The notes below the pieces were generated by a model that was not told the DNA's origin, made no database searches, and saw only the letters and a list, made by a program, of their open reading frames with translations. Of a DNA stretch of 53,003 nt, positions 36,621 to 46,129 are shown one piece after another. The position numbers and the translations under genes are program-made. Positions within the stretch are counted from its first letter, which is position 1. The number at the start of each line of letters is the position of its first letter. Source of the stretch: a virus (taxonomy: Duplodnaviria; Caudoviricetes); IMG/VR virus record IMGVR_UViG_3300010396_000052, positions 1 through 53,003 of that record; one strand, 5' to 3'.

Positions 36621-36755
36621 TAGAGGTCCTCCTCAACGCCTTGGAAGTTAATGAATTTCTTGTGGCCCTGCCGCCGCATTTCGTCCTTGATAAGCTCGTC
36701 CAGTTCCTTATCCGTCTTATTACGCACAAAATTGAGAGCTTGCTGCTCTTCTTCT

Positions 36756-37013
36756 TTAGTATAACTTGTCATCTTTTGTAATTCCTAAACATTCAATCAA
36801 TAGGCCATCTTCATCCCTATAGGGAATCTGATTGCCGCAGTCTACGGGCTGGTGGCCCTGTATATCAATCTCGTTCATCGGTCGGGATGGGAGATTTGTC
36901 TTTGCACACGAGGCAGCGGATGCGGCTATTACCAATATAGCCGTCATCGCAACCAATACAGTTACTTGATCCTTTCTTGTTTTCCGCTGTTCCATGTTCC
37001 GCACTCTTTGCAT
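36756..37013 (-). CDS. Putative lipoprotein (start uncertain)
   Basis: Basic N-terminus, hydrophobic helix ending AASC. Confidence 0.45.
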   Translation of the reverse strand: MQRVRNMEQRKTRKDQVTVLVAMTAILVIAASAASCAKTNLPSRPMNEIDIQGHQPVDCGNQIPYRDEDGLLIECLGITKDDKLY

Positions 37014-37681
37014 TGGAATCTTTGAATTCTAAAGCACTTCGTAAGGCGATGACCTCTAGACTCAAGGCGCGTGCTACCGCAAGCAAAACAACTACCAATA
37101 ACCCCTGAACAATTAGGGTGGTCATTAATAAGAGGTCTGATATCACGATATACTTCCTCTAACCCGAGAACATCATTCTCGTTGTACTTCTGCATCAACT
37201 TTAGAGACTTCGGGTGCCCATATCTAGCCAGCAAAATAGTCTCAGTATCTAGATGGTACTTCTTGTGTTTTACCTGAAAAATATCACATAAAGAAGCCAA
37301 CCTATTAGACTGGAGAGCCAAATTGTTGCGAGCGTAACGCCAAGTGTCAAGGAGCTTTGTAGGCGCGGGGGGAGCAATGCCGTGTACAAGAGCCCGAGTA
37401 AGTAGGAACCTGCGGTCAAAACGCTCACCATAATGAGCCACAGAAGCGTCAGCCTCGTTAAGAAGCTCCACAAGAGGTCGAACAATTCCTGCATCATACA
37501 TGTAGCTCTCAGGTGTTTCTCCGTAGCCCGGAGTTTCATCTATTCGCATAGAGAGTGCGAATTTGGGCTCGTTGAACCACTTAGCGGCGGCACAGATTAT
37601 AAACCCGTGGCTGGCCTTAAGATCGGTTGTTTCGAGGTCCCAAATTAGAATCTTACTATGTTCTTTATTCTTCTTTTTCAA
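36962..37681 (-). CDS. RNase H-fold DEDD 3'-5' exonuclease with a C-terminal Zn ribbon
   Basis: WDLETT, HYGERFD, YNENDV, CFACGS...CKECG. Confidence 0.85.
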   Translation of the reverse strand: MKKKNKEHSKILIWDLETTDLKASHGFIICAAAKWFNEPKFALSMRIDETPGYGETPESYMYDAGIVRPLVELLNEADASVAHYGERFDRRFLLTRALVHGIAPPAPTKLLDTWRYARNNLALQSNRLASLCDIFQVKHKKYHLDTETILLARYGHPKSLKLMQKYNENDVLGLEEVYRDIRPLINDHPNCSGVIGSCFACGSTRLESRGHRLTKCFRIQRFQCKECGTWNSGKQERIK

Positions 37682-37776
37682 GTATTTCCTTAGCTTGGAG
37701 CATTAGGTCCTCTAACTCCCAAGTTATTCCAACGTCGTCGTGTTTAATGACGTATTCTAGTTCTTCGACTAGTTCC

Positions 37777-38205
37777 TTAAGTTTTGACAATTCTTGTAGT
37801 TTTAGCTTTTCCATTTCTAATCAACAGTTCGAGTCTAGCAAGGGCGTTCCAAGCCACTTGTGCTGCGTGGTGAAATCCTGACTCCGGATCTAAGCCGTCC
37901 ACGTCCACGAACTCCCCGTTGAGGTGCCGTTCCAAGGCGTCACTGTAACGGTTGTACCCGTCTGGTACGCGTAACCAATTAACGTCGGAATAGACCAAGG
38001 AGTACTTGTCAAGACCGTATTTGGATACGTTTGCGACGGCTGTGAGGGCGTTTGGGAAATATTGTCTGAGTCCTTGGTAGAGAGGAGTTCTGCCACTGTC
38101 ATATTTCTTACCCGGATTTGGGCTTATTAAGCCACCTTCTTGGGATGGTTCCAACGGCGTAATCAAAGCCGTGTTTTGTGCACCAATCACTGTATCTTTG
38201 CTCAC
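37777..38205 (-). CDS. dATP/dGTP diphosphohydrolase-like (DUF5664-type) protein
   Basis: GKKYDSG...V..YG..KY...NW...RY.DAL.RHL...DPESG.HH.A..AWNAL. Confidence 0.8.
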   Translation of the reverse strand: MSKDTVIGAQNTALITPLEPSQEGGLISPNPGKKYDSGRTPLYQGLRQYFPNALTAVANVSKYGLDKYSLVYSDVNWLRVPDGYNRYSDALERHLNGEFVDVDGLDPESGFHHAAQVAWNALARLELLIRNGKAKTTRIVKT

Positions 38206-38557
38206 TATTCTTTTGTAGTTTATTATCTGTAGCGAAGTAGAGTACTATCTTTCGATCTGGATTAGATTCCCGCACTGCGAGCATCTTTGCTCGGTCGGAG
38301 GCGGTGAATCTCCCCTTGACTTCCATGATGATTCCGTTATCGAGGACGAAGTCTGGGGTGTAGGTCGCTTCTTTGTAGACGAGTTTGCTGCCACAAGTCT
38401 GACAAATTCCCTTGCGCACTCTCTTTTTAACCACAAGCCGAAGAGATTCATACTCGAATCCCACGGCTTTGGTCCCGAGAGTTTCTGCAACTTTCTCTTC
38501 GAGCCCACTGCGATATCCCGACTTCCGCTTCTTACCCCATTGCCAATTCCTTGGCAT
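38108..38557 (-). CDS. T7 endonuclease I-like Holliday junction resolvase
   Basis: YRSGLE, YTPDF.L.NGII.EVKGRF...DR.KM; Zn-ribbon insertion. Confidence 0.9.
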   Translation of the reverse strand: MPRNWQWGKKRKSGYRSGLEEKVAETLGTKAVGFEYESLRLVVKKRVRKGICQTCGSKLVYKEATYTPDFVLDNGIIMEVKGRFTASDRAKMLAVRESNPDRKIVLYFATDNKLQKNSEQRYSDWCTKHGFDYAVGTIPRRWLNKPKSG

Positions 38558-39039
38558 TAGGCGACGGCAGCCGTCGATGCCAATTGCGCAACCTTCTCTC
38601 CCTTATGATTGACAAGGTTTACGAACATACTATCGTGTACCATATCCAGCACTAATTCTGGAGTAATATCCAATAGCACCATAGTACCATTCGGCAGGAA
38701 GTCGATAGCCTTAAACTCGAACCCATTCAGGAGTCCAACCGTAGCTTCGAGCTTCGCTCCACGGCTACTAGTCCAGCGTGGCAGAAAGACGATTCCTCCA
38801 ATCCCACCGTCAGCGAGTAGCTTAACGTCCCGCGCAAGGAAATCACCCCACGACTTGTCTGACTTAGTGAGTATGCCATCGGTAGACTGGAGGGCCTTGC
38901 CCTTATCCTCCGAATCATCAATCTCAGCTGGGCTGACAATGTCATAACCCTTCTCACGTAGGAATGCTGCTGCCTTAAAGAACAGCGGGAAATTATACTG
39001 GGGGATACCCTGCATAGGACCTGCGAGGTAATACTTCAT
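38557..39039 (-). CDS. Nucleoside 2-deoxyribosyltransferase-like (DUF4406-type) protein
   Basis: YLAGPM.G.P.YN.P.F...SPAE...LP.W..SRGA.LE. Confidence 0.8.
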   Translation of the reverse strand: MKYYLAGPMQGIPQYNFPLFFKAAAFLREKGYDIVSPAEIDDSEDKGKALQSTDGILTKSDKSWGDFLARDVKLLADGGIGGIVFLPRWTSSRGAKLEATVGLLNGFEFKAIDFLPNGTMVLLDITPELVLDMVHDSMFVNLVNHKGEKVAQLASTAAVA

Positions 39040-39278
39040 CGGTAAACGTCTCCATTTTGCTTTAGTTTTGTATCTTCGTATCCGGCGACGAGTCTTCGGT
39101 AGAGTTCCAGTTTCGCAGACTCCAGAGCCCCCATCGCATCATTGAAACGACTGTAGTTAGGATTAGCACCAAGGTAAGCACCAACGACACGAGTAATAGC
39201 ATAGTTCAGTTGGCCTGTAGTCTTAGGTTGTCCTTCATATCGCAGTCCTTCTCGTTCATCCTTAGGAATGTATGGCAT
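39036..39278 (-). CDS. Conserved small phage protein
   Basis: MPYI...GQLNY...N...GALE.AKLE.YRR....YED.K...NGDV. Confidence 0.75.
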   Translation of the reverse strand: MPYIPKDEREGLRYEGQPKTTGQLNYAITRVVGAYLGANPNYSRFNDAMGALESAKLELYRRLVAGYEDTKLKQNGDVYR

Positions 39279-39466
39279 CTATTTATCTCCCAATCCCTTT
39301 AATGCTTTAGCATATTTCTTGCCCATTTTCTCAAAAATCTCTTGGTTTTTCTTAGATGGAGGGCGCTTCTGGTAAGGTCCCCAACCACAACAAGGCATGA
39401 AATGCCTCATACCCGGATTAGCGTGACATTCACAAGAGCAAACCTTTGGATCGACTTTACAGTTAA

Positions 39467-40207
39467 TCATTGTAATTCTATAGGTGCTTGAAAACTGTCG
39501 TTTTCCCGTCGGTGGATATAGACAAGATTGGCTTGTTCAAGGAAGTACCCTCTGGGGTCGCTGTGACCAGAAGCTTTATAGGCATTCCAAGCTCTCTGGC
39601 AAAGGTCACTACTGCTTTGCGCACCTTCAAGAAGTTCACTCGCCCCCGCCGGGCCGACTCCGTAGAGTCCTGGGATATTGTCTGTAGTATCTCCAGTAAG
39701 TAACTGGGTATACAACTTAAAGTCTCCAGCTTTTCGGGAGACCCATTGTGACTGATTTCTAACCCAATTGTGATGCCATCCCGATATCTGAAGGAGATCT
39801 TTGTCGATACTGACAACAACACTCCCTTGAGGATCTCTGGCAAGCCGGATTCCGAGTTCATCATCGGCTTCTCGTCCTTCGGTACTATATTTAGCTCCAT
39901 ATCTTTCTACTAGGTAGTCTTTTGCTTCTTGGAAATAGAGAGGTTTAGGTTGTCCTTCACGATTGCCTTTGTAAGGCTTAGTTGTGCTAAGAGCTTTCCT
40001 AAAACTGTCACTCGAACTGAGGATAAGTTCGCCGGGAGATTCCGGACTAAGTCCTGTAATGCTGTCGAGTGTGACATCAATAAACTCTCGTACGTGGTCA
40101 AATCCGAGGTCAACTTCTTCTTCATTTTTCCTTCTAGGATGCGCTGCCCAACAGCAGCGATAAACAATTACATCAGCATCAATTAACAGGTATTTTCCAT
40201 TAATCAT
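39467..40207 (-). CDS. 5'-3' exonuclease (T7 gp6-like)
   Basis: LIDAD, YKGNR, EADD, SIDKDL.Q, GD.TDNIPG..GVG. Confidence 0.92.
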   Translation of the reverse strand: MINGKYLLIDADVIVYRCCWAAHPRRKNEEEVDLGFDHVREFIDVTLDSITGLSPESPGELILSSSDSFRKALSTTKPYKGNREGQPKPLYFQEAKDYLVERYGAKYSTEGREADDELGIRLARDPQGSVVVSIDKDLLQISGWHHNWVRNQSQWVSRKAGDFKLYTQLLTGDTTDNIPGLYGVGPAGASELLEGAQSSSDLCQRAWNAYKASGHSDPRGYFLEQANLVYIHRRENDSFQAPIELQ

Positions 40208-40290
40208 AAATTTGGACAGCCTTTTTGGTGTTCTTACTGGAAAGGCTGAGTCCCATAACCAGATCAGCCGGGAGCTACCCGGATCATGCT

Positions 40291-40566
40291 TTAGTTAGTT
40301 TGAAGCTTGAGCAGATTATCTAGACTTTCAGCAGGACCTGTTTCGTCAGCCAGAACCACAAAGTGGGCCAACCACTCCTTAACAAAGAACAGATTCTCGT
40401 TGAAAAACTCGACAACCTTAGTATCCCGATTCATACACATATAGATCGGGAGTTCATCCTCCTTAGCTGATGCTATATATACGTTAAAGTTAGCCTTATG
40501 GCCGTCCCTCACATCTGTAGCAAGCTCTGCTACTTCACCGTAGATAATGGGCAGTTTAACTTCCAT
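40291..40566 (-). CDS. Hypothetical protein
   Basis: TAATG-coupled to the upstream SSB-like gene. Confidence 0.6.
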   Translation of the reverse strand: MEVKLPIIYGEVAELATDVRDGHKANFNVYIASAKEDELPIYMCMNRDTKVVEFFNENLFFVKEWLAHFVVLADETGPAESLDNLLKLQTN

Positions 40567-41111
40567 TAGGCCCAATCCTCCTCTTCGGTGCTAGTCTTAG
40601 GAGCCTCAAACGGGATCTCCGCATCGGCGTCCACAGGGGCACTTGACCCCATAAGCTTCTGGGTATACTTGTCCAGTACCTCCCAAAGGACAGCCTCTTT
40701 ATCGGCCTGCTTGGCCGGGAGCTTAATAGCCTCTGCCTTAAGCATTAGCTCGATAACTGCGATAGCCGTATTACGGCTGGCGCCTAGCTCACGGAGAGCG
40801 TCATTACGGGCCTCTCGGGCTTCCTTGCGCTCCCAGTACCCCTTCTCCGAAGTCGTCTTAGGGGCTGCCTTAGCGACGCTGGCAGACTGGGGCTCTCCGT
40901 CCGTCTTGTACTGGATGGTCTTGGTATTGACCTCAAGATAGCCCTTATCGTTGGGCTCAGCCTCGAACTCTACCGTAGCACCCGTAGCCGGGGGCTTCTT
41001 GATACCAGTATTGAAGAAACCATCCTGTCCGGACAGCGTAAACGAGTAGAAAGTCTTATTGCCCCAATTCTTATCAAAATGGCGCTGAACAACGCCTGTA
41101 AACGTACTCAC
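40566..41111 (-). CDS. Putative single-stranded DNA-binding protein
   Basis: OB-like N-terminus, acidic/aromatic C-tail (EEEDWA); replication context. Confidence 0.55.
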   Translation of the reverse strand: MSTFTGVVQRHFDKNWGNKTFYSFTLSGQDGFFNTGIKKPPATGATVEFEAEPNDKGYLEVNTKTIQYKTDGEPQSASVAKAAPKTTSEKGYWERKEAREARNDALRELGASRNTAIAVIELMLKAEAIKLPAKQADKEAVLWEVLDKYTQKLMGSSAPVDADAEIPFEAPKTSTEEEDWA

Positions 41112-41117
41112 CTGTAG

Positions 41118-41378
41118 TTAACCCTTTAATTTTCTTATTCTTTTTATCATCCCGGCCGGAATGAAATGATGGCCGAGATATGTATCATCGTCGCAGCCTA
41201 CTGCAATACTTAGAGTGACCCCCCTTTTATCTTTTTTAGCTAAATAACCTATTGATTTTACTGGGTATCCTTTGTTATGCTGCTCCTCTATGTCTTTTAT
41301 ATCACACCATCTACTGCCGCTTGCGGCGTCTCCCCACTCGACTTCCACGATTGGGATTTTGGTTATTTTCGGTTTCAC
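41118..41378 (-). CDS. Conserved small phage protein
   Basis: V.VEW.DA...W...SIGYL...IP.GMI pattern. Confidence 0.65.
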   Translation of the reverse strand: MKPKITKIPIVEVEWGDAASGSRWCDIKDIEEQHNKGYPVKSIGYLAKKDKRGVTLSIAVGCDDDTYLGHHFIPAGMIKRIRKLKG

Positions 41379-41769
41379 CCTTATTAGACAACTCAGAGAC
41401 GGAAAAGTTCCGTGTTGGCTGAATATTTTTATAGGGTTCGCTAAGTCTTTGATTTATCTCATCTAATTCGTCACAGGAAGGACAAGTGCCATCCCGAAGA
41501 ATGGTCTCTCCACACTCGTCACAGCACTCCATAGTGCCCGCAAGTCTCAGGATCTCCATTTCATCAAGATTTTCGGTTAGCTTATTCACAAGCAACTTCC
41601 TCCGTCGCCTTCACACAAATCATAGGCAGCAAATGAAATCGTCAAAACACCAATCCCTATTACCAATCCTATAGCTACTCTAGGATGGTCAAAAATAAGC
41701 CACCCGAATCCGAAAACGGCAGGTACGAAGACTGCCCATCCTAAAATGATCCACCCGACGCATTTCCAA

Positions 41770-42999
41770 TTAACCTTTAACACATAGCACCTGTTTCAGT
41801 TCAGCTACGATTTCTACTAGGTCTGATTGATTGTCCATAACCTCTTGGATATCTTTGTACGCAGCGGGGATTTCGTCGATAACATCCTTATCTTTGCGAC
41901 ACTCAACGCCTTTCGTTTGTTCCTCCAAGTCTTGGACGGTGAATTGAGCTTTAGCAGAACCTCTAGACATTCTCCGGCCTGCACCGTGCGAGCAAGAGCA
42001 GAAAGAGTCTTCATTTCCCTTTCCTCGGACGATAAAGGATCGTGCTCCCATGCTACCGGGGATAATTCCGAGATCGCCCGTTCTAGCTCGTACCGCACCC
42101 TTGCGAGTAACGTAGATATTTCGGCCAAAGTGATTCTCCTTAGCCACATAGTTGTGGTGACACTCGATAGCAGTCTGGTCGGACCCTAAAGCTCGAATAT
42201 CAGTGTGTTCAGCGACTGCCTTTTTGGCTGCCTCCATCATCAGGTAACGATTCATTGCTGCGTAATCTTGGCACCACGACAAAGCATCCCAATAGTCCTG
42301 AAAGTATTGGGAACCTTCTGGCAAGTAAGCTAGGTCGGCATCGGGGAGAACAATGTGCCATCTCTCCATCTCTTCCTTGGCCTTCGTGATAAAGTAGCGT
42401 CCGATAGCATTCCCTATACCACGGGAGCCGGAGTGGAGCATGAGCCATACGTTGTCCTCCTTATCTAGACAAAGTTCAACAAAGTGGTTTCCCGTCCCCA
42501 AGGTCCCAAGATGATTCCCGGCTCGCTTGTGGCTGCGAGTCAAGTGATGATGCTTGGAGTCCAGCAGAGCAAAACGAGGATCTTCGGACAACCAAGTCCA
42601 CGTCTTGACTACCTCCTCGGGCATAGTTCCCCAAGCCCCGTGATCGTTCGGACCACCGTTGTCGGTTCTTCCATGAGGTATAACCTTCTCCAACGAAGAC
42701 CTGATTCCACTCAAGGTATCCGGAAGGTCCGAGGCACGTAATGTCAGCTTGTGAGCCGTCATCCCACACCCAATATCTACGCCCACACTGGCAGGTATAA
42801 TCGCCCGATAGGTGGGAATCACACTCCCCACGGTAGATCCTTGTCCCCAGTGCACATCCGGCATCACCGCTATGTGGTGATGGATAAAGGGGAGCGAAGC
42901 AACGTTCCTCAACTGCTCCATCGCTCCTTCTTCCACATCGGTAGTCCATATCTTCACCGGAGCCTTTCCTTCATCTTTGAAGGCTAGTTTGATAGTCAT
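41770..42999 (-). CDS. rtcB: RNA 3'-phosphate/5'-OH ligase RtcB
   Basis: MPDVH, VGVDIGCG, GTLGTGNHF, LHSGSRG, HHNY, RKGA, PGSMG, SHGAGR, DEIPAAYK. Confidence 0.97.
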   Translation of the reverse strand: MTIKLAFKDEGKAPVKIWTTDVEEGAMEQLRNVASLPFIHHHIAVMPDVHWGQGSTVGSVIPTYRAIIPASVGVDIGCGMTAHKLTLRASDLPDTLSGIRSSLEKVIPHGRTDNGGPNDHGAWGTMPEEVVKTWTWLSEDPRFALLDSKHHHLTRSHKRAGNHLGTLGTGNHFVELCLDKEDNVWLMLHSGSRGIGNAIGRYFITKAKEEMERWHIVLPDADLAYLPEGSQYFQDYWDALSWCQDYAAMNRYLMMEAAKKAVAEHTDIRALGSDQTAIECHHNYVAKENHFGRNIYVTRKGAVRARTGDLGIIPGSMGARSFIVRGKGNEDSFCSCSHGAGRRMSRGSAKAQFTVQDLEEQTKGVECRKDKDVIDEIPAAYKDIQEVMDNQSDLVEIVAELKQVLCVKG

Positions 43000-43173
43000 T
43001 AATGCACCACGTGTTCAACTAGCGGGTCTTGTAGTACAGGATACGGAGAATCACCTAATCCTGCCTCTCTCCACAAGCGTGTTCTATACGGGCAATCCAG
43101 CCCATATCCGTCTCCATTATCGTGGCATTGCATACACCACCGAAGATGGTGACAAAGATCTTCCAGTAGTTTG

Positions 43174-45066
43174 TTATGCCGCTTTAGCAATTGGATCGTA
43201 GTCATATTTACGCTCCTTTCCAGTGGACCAATGTGTTCCTACTTTCGTCTCTGCCCCGAGAGGACACACAAGATCGAGGTTATAGACCATACTAAGATAC
43301 CGAAAAACATCCACGGTAAAACATCGGTTTGCAAGATCTCTAAAAGCTTCTGATTCATCTTCTGGCAACTCCGCTATAACGGAATCGTGAACGGTATTAA
43401 CCAGAAACATCTTCAGCCCTTCGGCCTTAATCCTGTGCCAGAAGTAGACGATGGATATTGGTATAATATCCGCCGTAGCCAAGGACTGGACGGGATAATT
43501 GAAGATAGAAGTTCTATTGCGAATGTACCCTCTGCCATCGCGTGTGGGCTCGATTTGCGTATCGGGCCAGTAAAATATAAGTCCCGTCTCCGTTCGTAGT
43601 TTCTTTTCCTTAAGGACTTCATAGGTCCACCTTGTTTGAGTATCGTAGATAGCGCTATACCGCTTCTGGAAGAACTCAATATAAGCTCGTTCCTGTTTAT
43701 TTCCCGACATAGCTCCATATAGCGGCCTAAATGTATAGGGCTTTGCGAGACGGCGATCCTCCTTAGTAAGATCTTTCCGCGACTTTCCAGTACGCTCTTC
43801 TGCAGTCTGCCAATGAGCGTCAAAATCGGGGTTCCGTATGTCGGATAAAGCGACAGGATCCCGGCCAAGATGAGCTGCGACTCGAAACTCAAGTTGAACG
43901 CCATCTGCCTCACCAATGAGCCAACCAGCAGTTCTAGCTCGAAATAGTTTCTTAATAGTATTGTCAATGTTCTGGAACTGCACCTTGTGACGAAGTCCAG
44001 AACTGGATAAACGATGGGTTCCCGTAACGGCTTGGTTAAGCTTGGCATACAGGCGTCCATCATCTTCCTCAATACACTTAAGAAGTTTCTCTAAGTTCTG
44101 GTGTCTCTTCTCAAGCTTCTTAAATTCCTTGAATGTCTCAAGAAAAAGTGCTTGTTCCTTCGACTCTGCTCGGAGCTTACCAAGTGCTTCAGCGTCTGTA
44201 AGTCGTTGTCCCGTAGGAGTCCTAAGAGGATTTTTACCTTTTCGGATTTCAGAGAACCGGAGGCGGTCATAAAGGAACTGAGCCACTTGTTGTGGACTAT
44301 TCCAATTGATGCCTCCATCGGACGAACTAAGAGATTCACAACTTCTCTCCAAGTCAATAGCCGATTGCTCATACTCTTTCTTGACCTGCTCTGCGTCTAG
44401 CTGGACCCCGTGCATTTCTATGTCGGCGAGCACAGGTGTAAGCAGACACCGGGTGAACATTACGGGCAAAAGGCCCTCTGCCGCAAGAACCTCTCGTTGC
44501 TTCAAAAATACTTGATGACATAGGTTCGTGTCTTCTGCGCCATACTCTACTAGCCAATCCTTTGGGATCTCTGAAGGACATACACCGCTTTCTATTAGTT
44601 TTGAGACTAGACTCTTTTTGCCGGGCAATCCGTATCTGTAGGCTGTTCCTTCGAGGGACAAATCCCATCTTCTATTGCCAGCGAGGACGTACTCGGCGAG
44701 CATTGTGTCCCAAACAAGTAAAGTGCTGATTTCAACCCCAGCACGGAGGAGCCATTGAAGCTCAAACTTAGCGTGATGGGCGACAAGGAGTCCAGTACGG
44801 CCCAAAGAGTTCGCAATTTCTGTTTGGTGTAATTCGTCTCCCCATTTGTATGAAACACCATTATATAATTTCCGGGATCTACGCAGAGATACTTTGCCCT
44901 GCATTGGTACAGAACGTTCCAACCAAGTCCCAAGAACAATGCGATTTGCTCGGTTGAGAGCGGATCCTTTGTCTCGATTCGTAGTCTCAAAGTCGGCAAC
45001 CGTATATCCAAGGCTGTCATCGAGATACCTCTGAGGATTTGGATTCGTCAGGAATTCTGGTAGCAT
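43174..45066 (-). CDS. DNA polymerase, family A, with 3'-5' exonuclease
   Basis: Exo DFET and KFE; motif A DGVQLEFR; motif B RRLAKPYTFRPLYG (Phe at the 762-equivalent); motif C TVHDS. Confidence 0.95.
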   Translation of the reverse strand: MLPEFLTNPNPQRYLDDSLGYTVADFETTNRDKGSALNRANRIVLGTWLERSVPMQGKVSLRRSRKLYNGVSYKWGDELHQTEIANSLGRTGLLVAHHAKFELQWLLRAGVEISTLLVWDTMLAEYVLAGNRRWDLSLEGTAYRYGLPGKKSLVSKLIESGVCPSEIPKDWLVEYGAEDTNLCHQVFLKQREVLAAEGLLPVMFTRCLLTPVLADIEMHGVQLDAEQVKKEYEQSAIDLERSCESLSSSDGGINWNSPQQVAQFLYDRLRFSEIRKGKNPLRTPTGQRLTDAEALGKLRAESKEQALFLETFKEFKKLEKRHQNLEKLLKCIEEDDGRLYAKLNQAVTGTHRLSSSGLRHKVQFQNIDNTIKKLFRARTAGWLIGEADGVQLEFRVAAHLGRDPVALSDIRNPDFDAHWQTAEERTGKSRKDLTKEDRRLAKPYTFRPLYGAMSGNKQERAYIEFFQKRYSAIYDTQTRWTYEVLKEKKLRTETGLIFYWPDTQIEPTRDGRGYIRNRTSIFNYPVQSLATADIIPISIVYFWHRIKAEGLKMFLVNTVHDSVIAELPEDESEAFRDLANRCFTVDVFRYLSMVYNLDLVCPLGAETKVGTHWSTGKERKYDYDPIAKAA

Positions 45067-45255
45067 CTTCTTCTTGTTCTTCTATATGTACTAAATCTTC
45101 TAACTTGGTCTGATTCCCCAGTCCGCAGACCTCCGGATATGATTTACCGACTGCGAGCGCCTCGTCGCACAAACAGCGTTCAAATCTAGCATTCCACGGG
45201 CAACTAAGTAACTGTTCTGGCCTATACCCAGCCATAAGTAACGTAGTAGCGTCTA

Positions 45256-45525
45256 TCATACGTCCTCCCCTTCGGACGTATCTTCATACCCAGCACCTAT
45301 CCGACGGATATATGAATGTCCTCCATCCACACCAAATCGAAATGTCTCCTCACCACTAGGGACCAATTTATCTCCTTCCCATTTAAACCCCGGTTGTGGC
45401 TCTATCTTACAATAATGCACTCTGAAATCATGCACATGCCTTGATTCTATCTCCACTCCGCAAGCAGTGCATTTCGCGCTATTTCGAGTAATCATGCTGC
45501 TATTCCTTGCTGAGCTTTCTTCCAC
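45256..45525 (-). CDS. Small Zn-ribbon protein
   Basis: N.AKC..CG..IES.H.HDF...C...VDGG..Y.RR. Confidence 0.65.
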   Translation of the reverse strand: MEESSARNSSMITRNSAKCTACGVEIESRHVHDFRVHYCKIEPQPGFKWEGDKLVPSGEETFRFGVDGGHSYIRRIGAGYEDTSEGEDV

Positions 45526-46124
45526 TTACCACCATCATCCTTAAAGGTACGCTTATACAGCTGACGGGATGCTGTGTGGTAGATCACAATACCTTCCGGA
45601 TTCTTGTAGCCGGGAGCAATCACCGATCCTCCGGCATCTAAATCCCCCATCACCTTGTCATCGTCTACATTTTCCCCGAAGGCAAGGACCGGAACAACTC
45701 CACAACAGTCTGGTTTGTTGGGGTTATTGGGATTCCACCTGACTGTATTAAAAAGTGCAAATCGCTTATCCGGGAGATCATAGCCCCTCTGAATACCCAA
45801 TCCGTACCACTCGCCAAAGTGGGAGCCTTCTCCAAGTTTGAAGAGATCATCGGCGTGGGCAATGCACCAAGCGCGGAATCCGTAATTATCCGGACCTTCT
45901 CTTTGAATCCATCCCGTTCTCCGGCCACACAGAAGAGCCATTGCGATACCTTCCGGAGTAGTCTTCGTAAGAATGACATTAGGATCAGAACTAGTGAAGG
46001 CAATCTCCTGATCCAATGGAATAGGAACCCACTTAATCTGAGCATTAGTGCCGTCTACCTTCTCAGTAATAAACACAGTCCGCTTTAAGCGGGCTATCTT
46101 AGGAAACTCTTCAAATTCAAACAT
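45492..46124 (-). CDS. ATP-dependent RNA ligase-like nucleotidyltransferase (Rnl2-related, compact)
   Basis: Motif I TEKVDGTN, GEW.G.GIQ, FALFN, EGIVI and terminal K. Confidence 0.8.
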   Translation of the reverse strand: MFEFEEFPKIARLKRTVFITEKVDGTNAQIKWVPIPLDQEIAFTSSDPNVILTKTTPEGIAMALLCGRRTGWIQREGPDNYGFRAWCIAHADDLFKLGEGSHFGEWYGLGIQRGYDLPDKRFALFNTVRWNPNNPNKPDCCGVVPVLAFGENVDDDKVMGDLDAGGSVIAPGYKNPEGIVIYHTASRQLYKRTFKDDGGKWKKAQQGIAA

Positions 46125-46129
46125 AGTTA

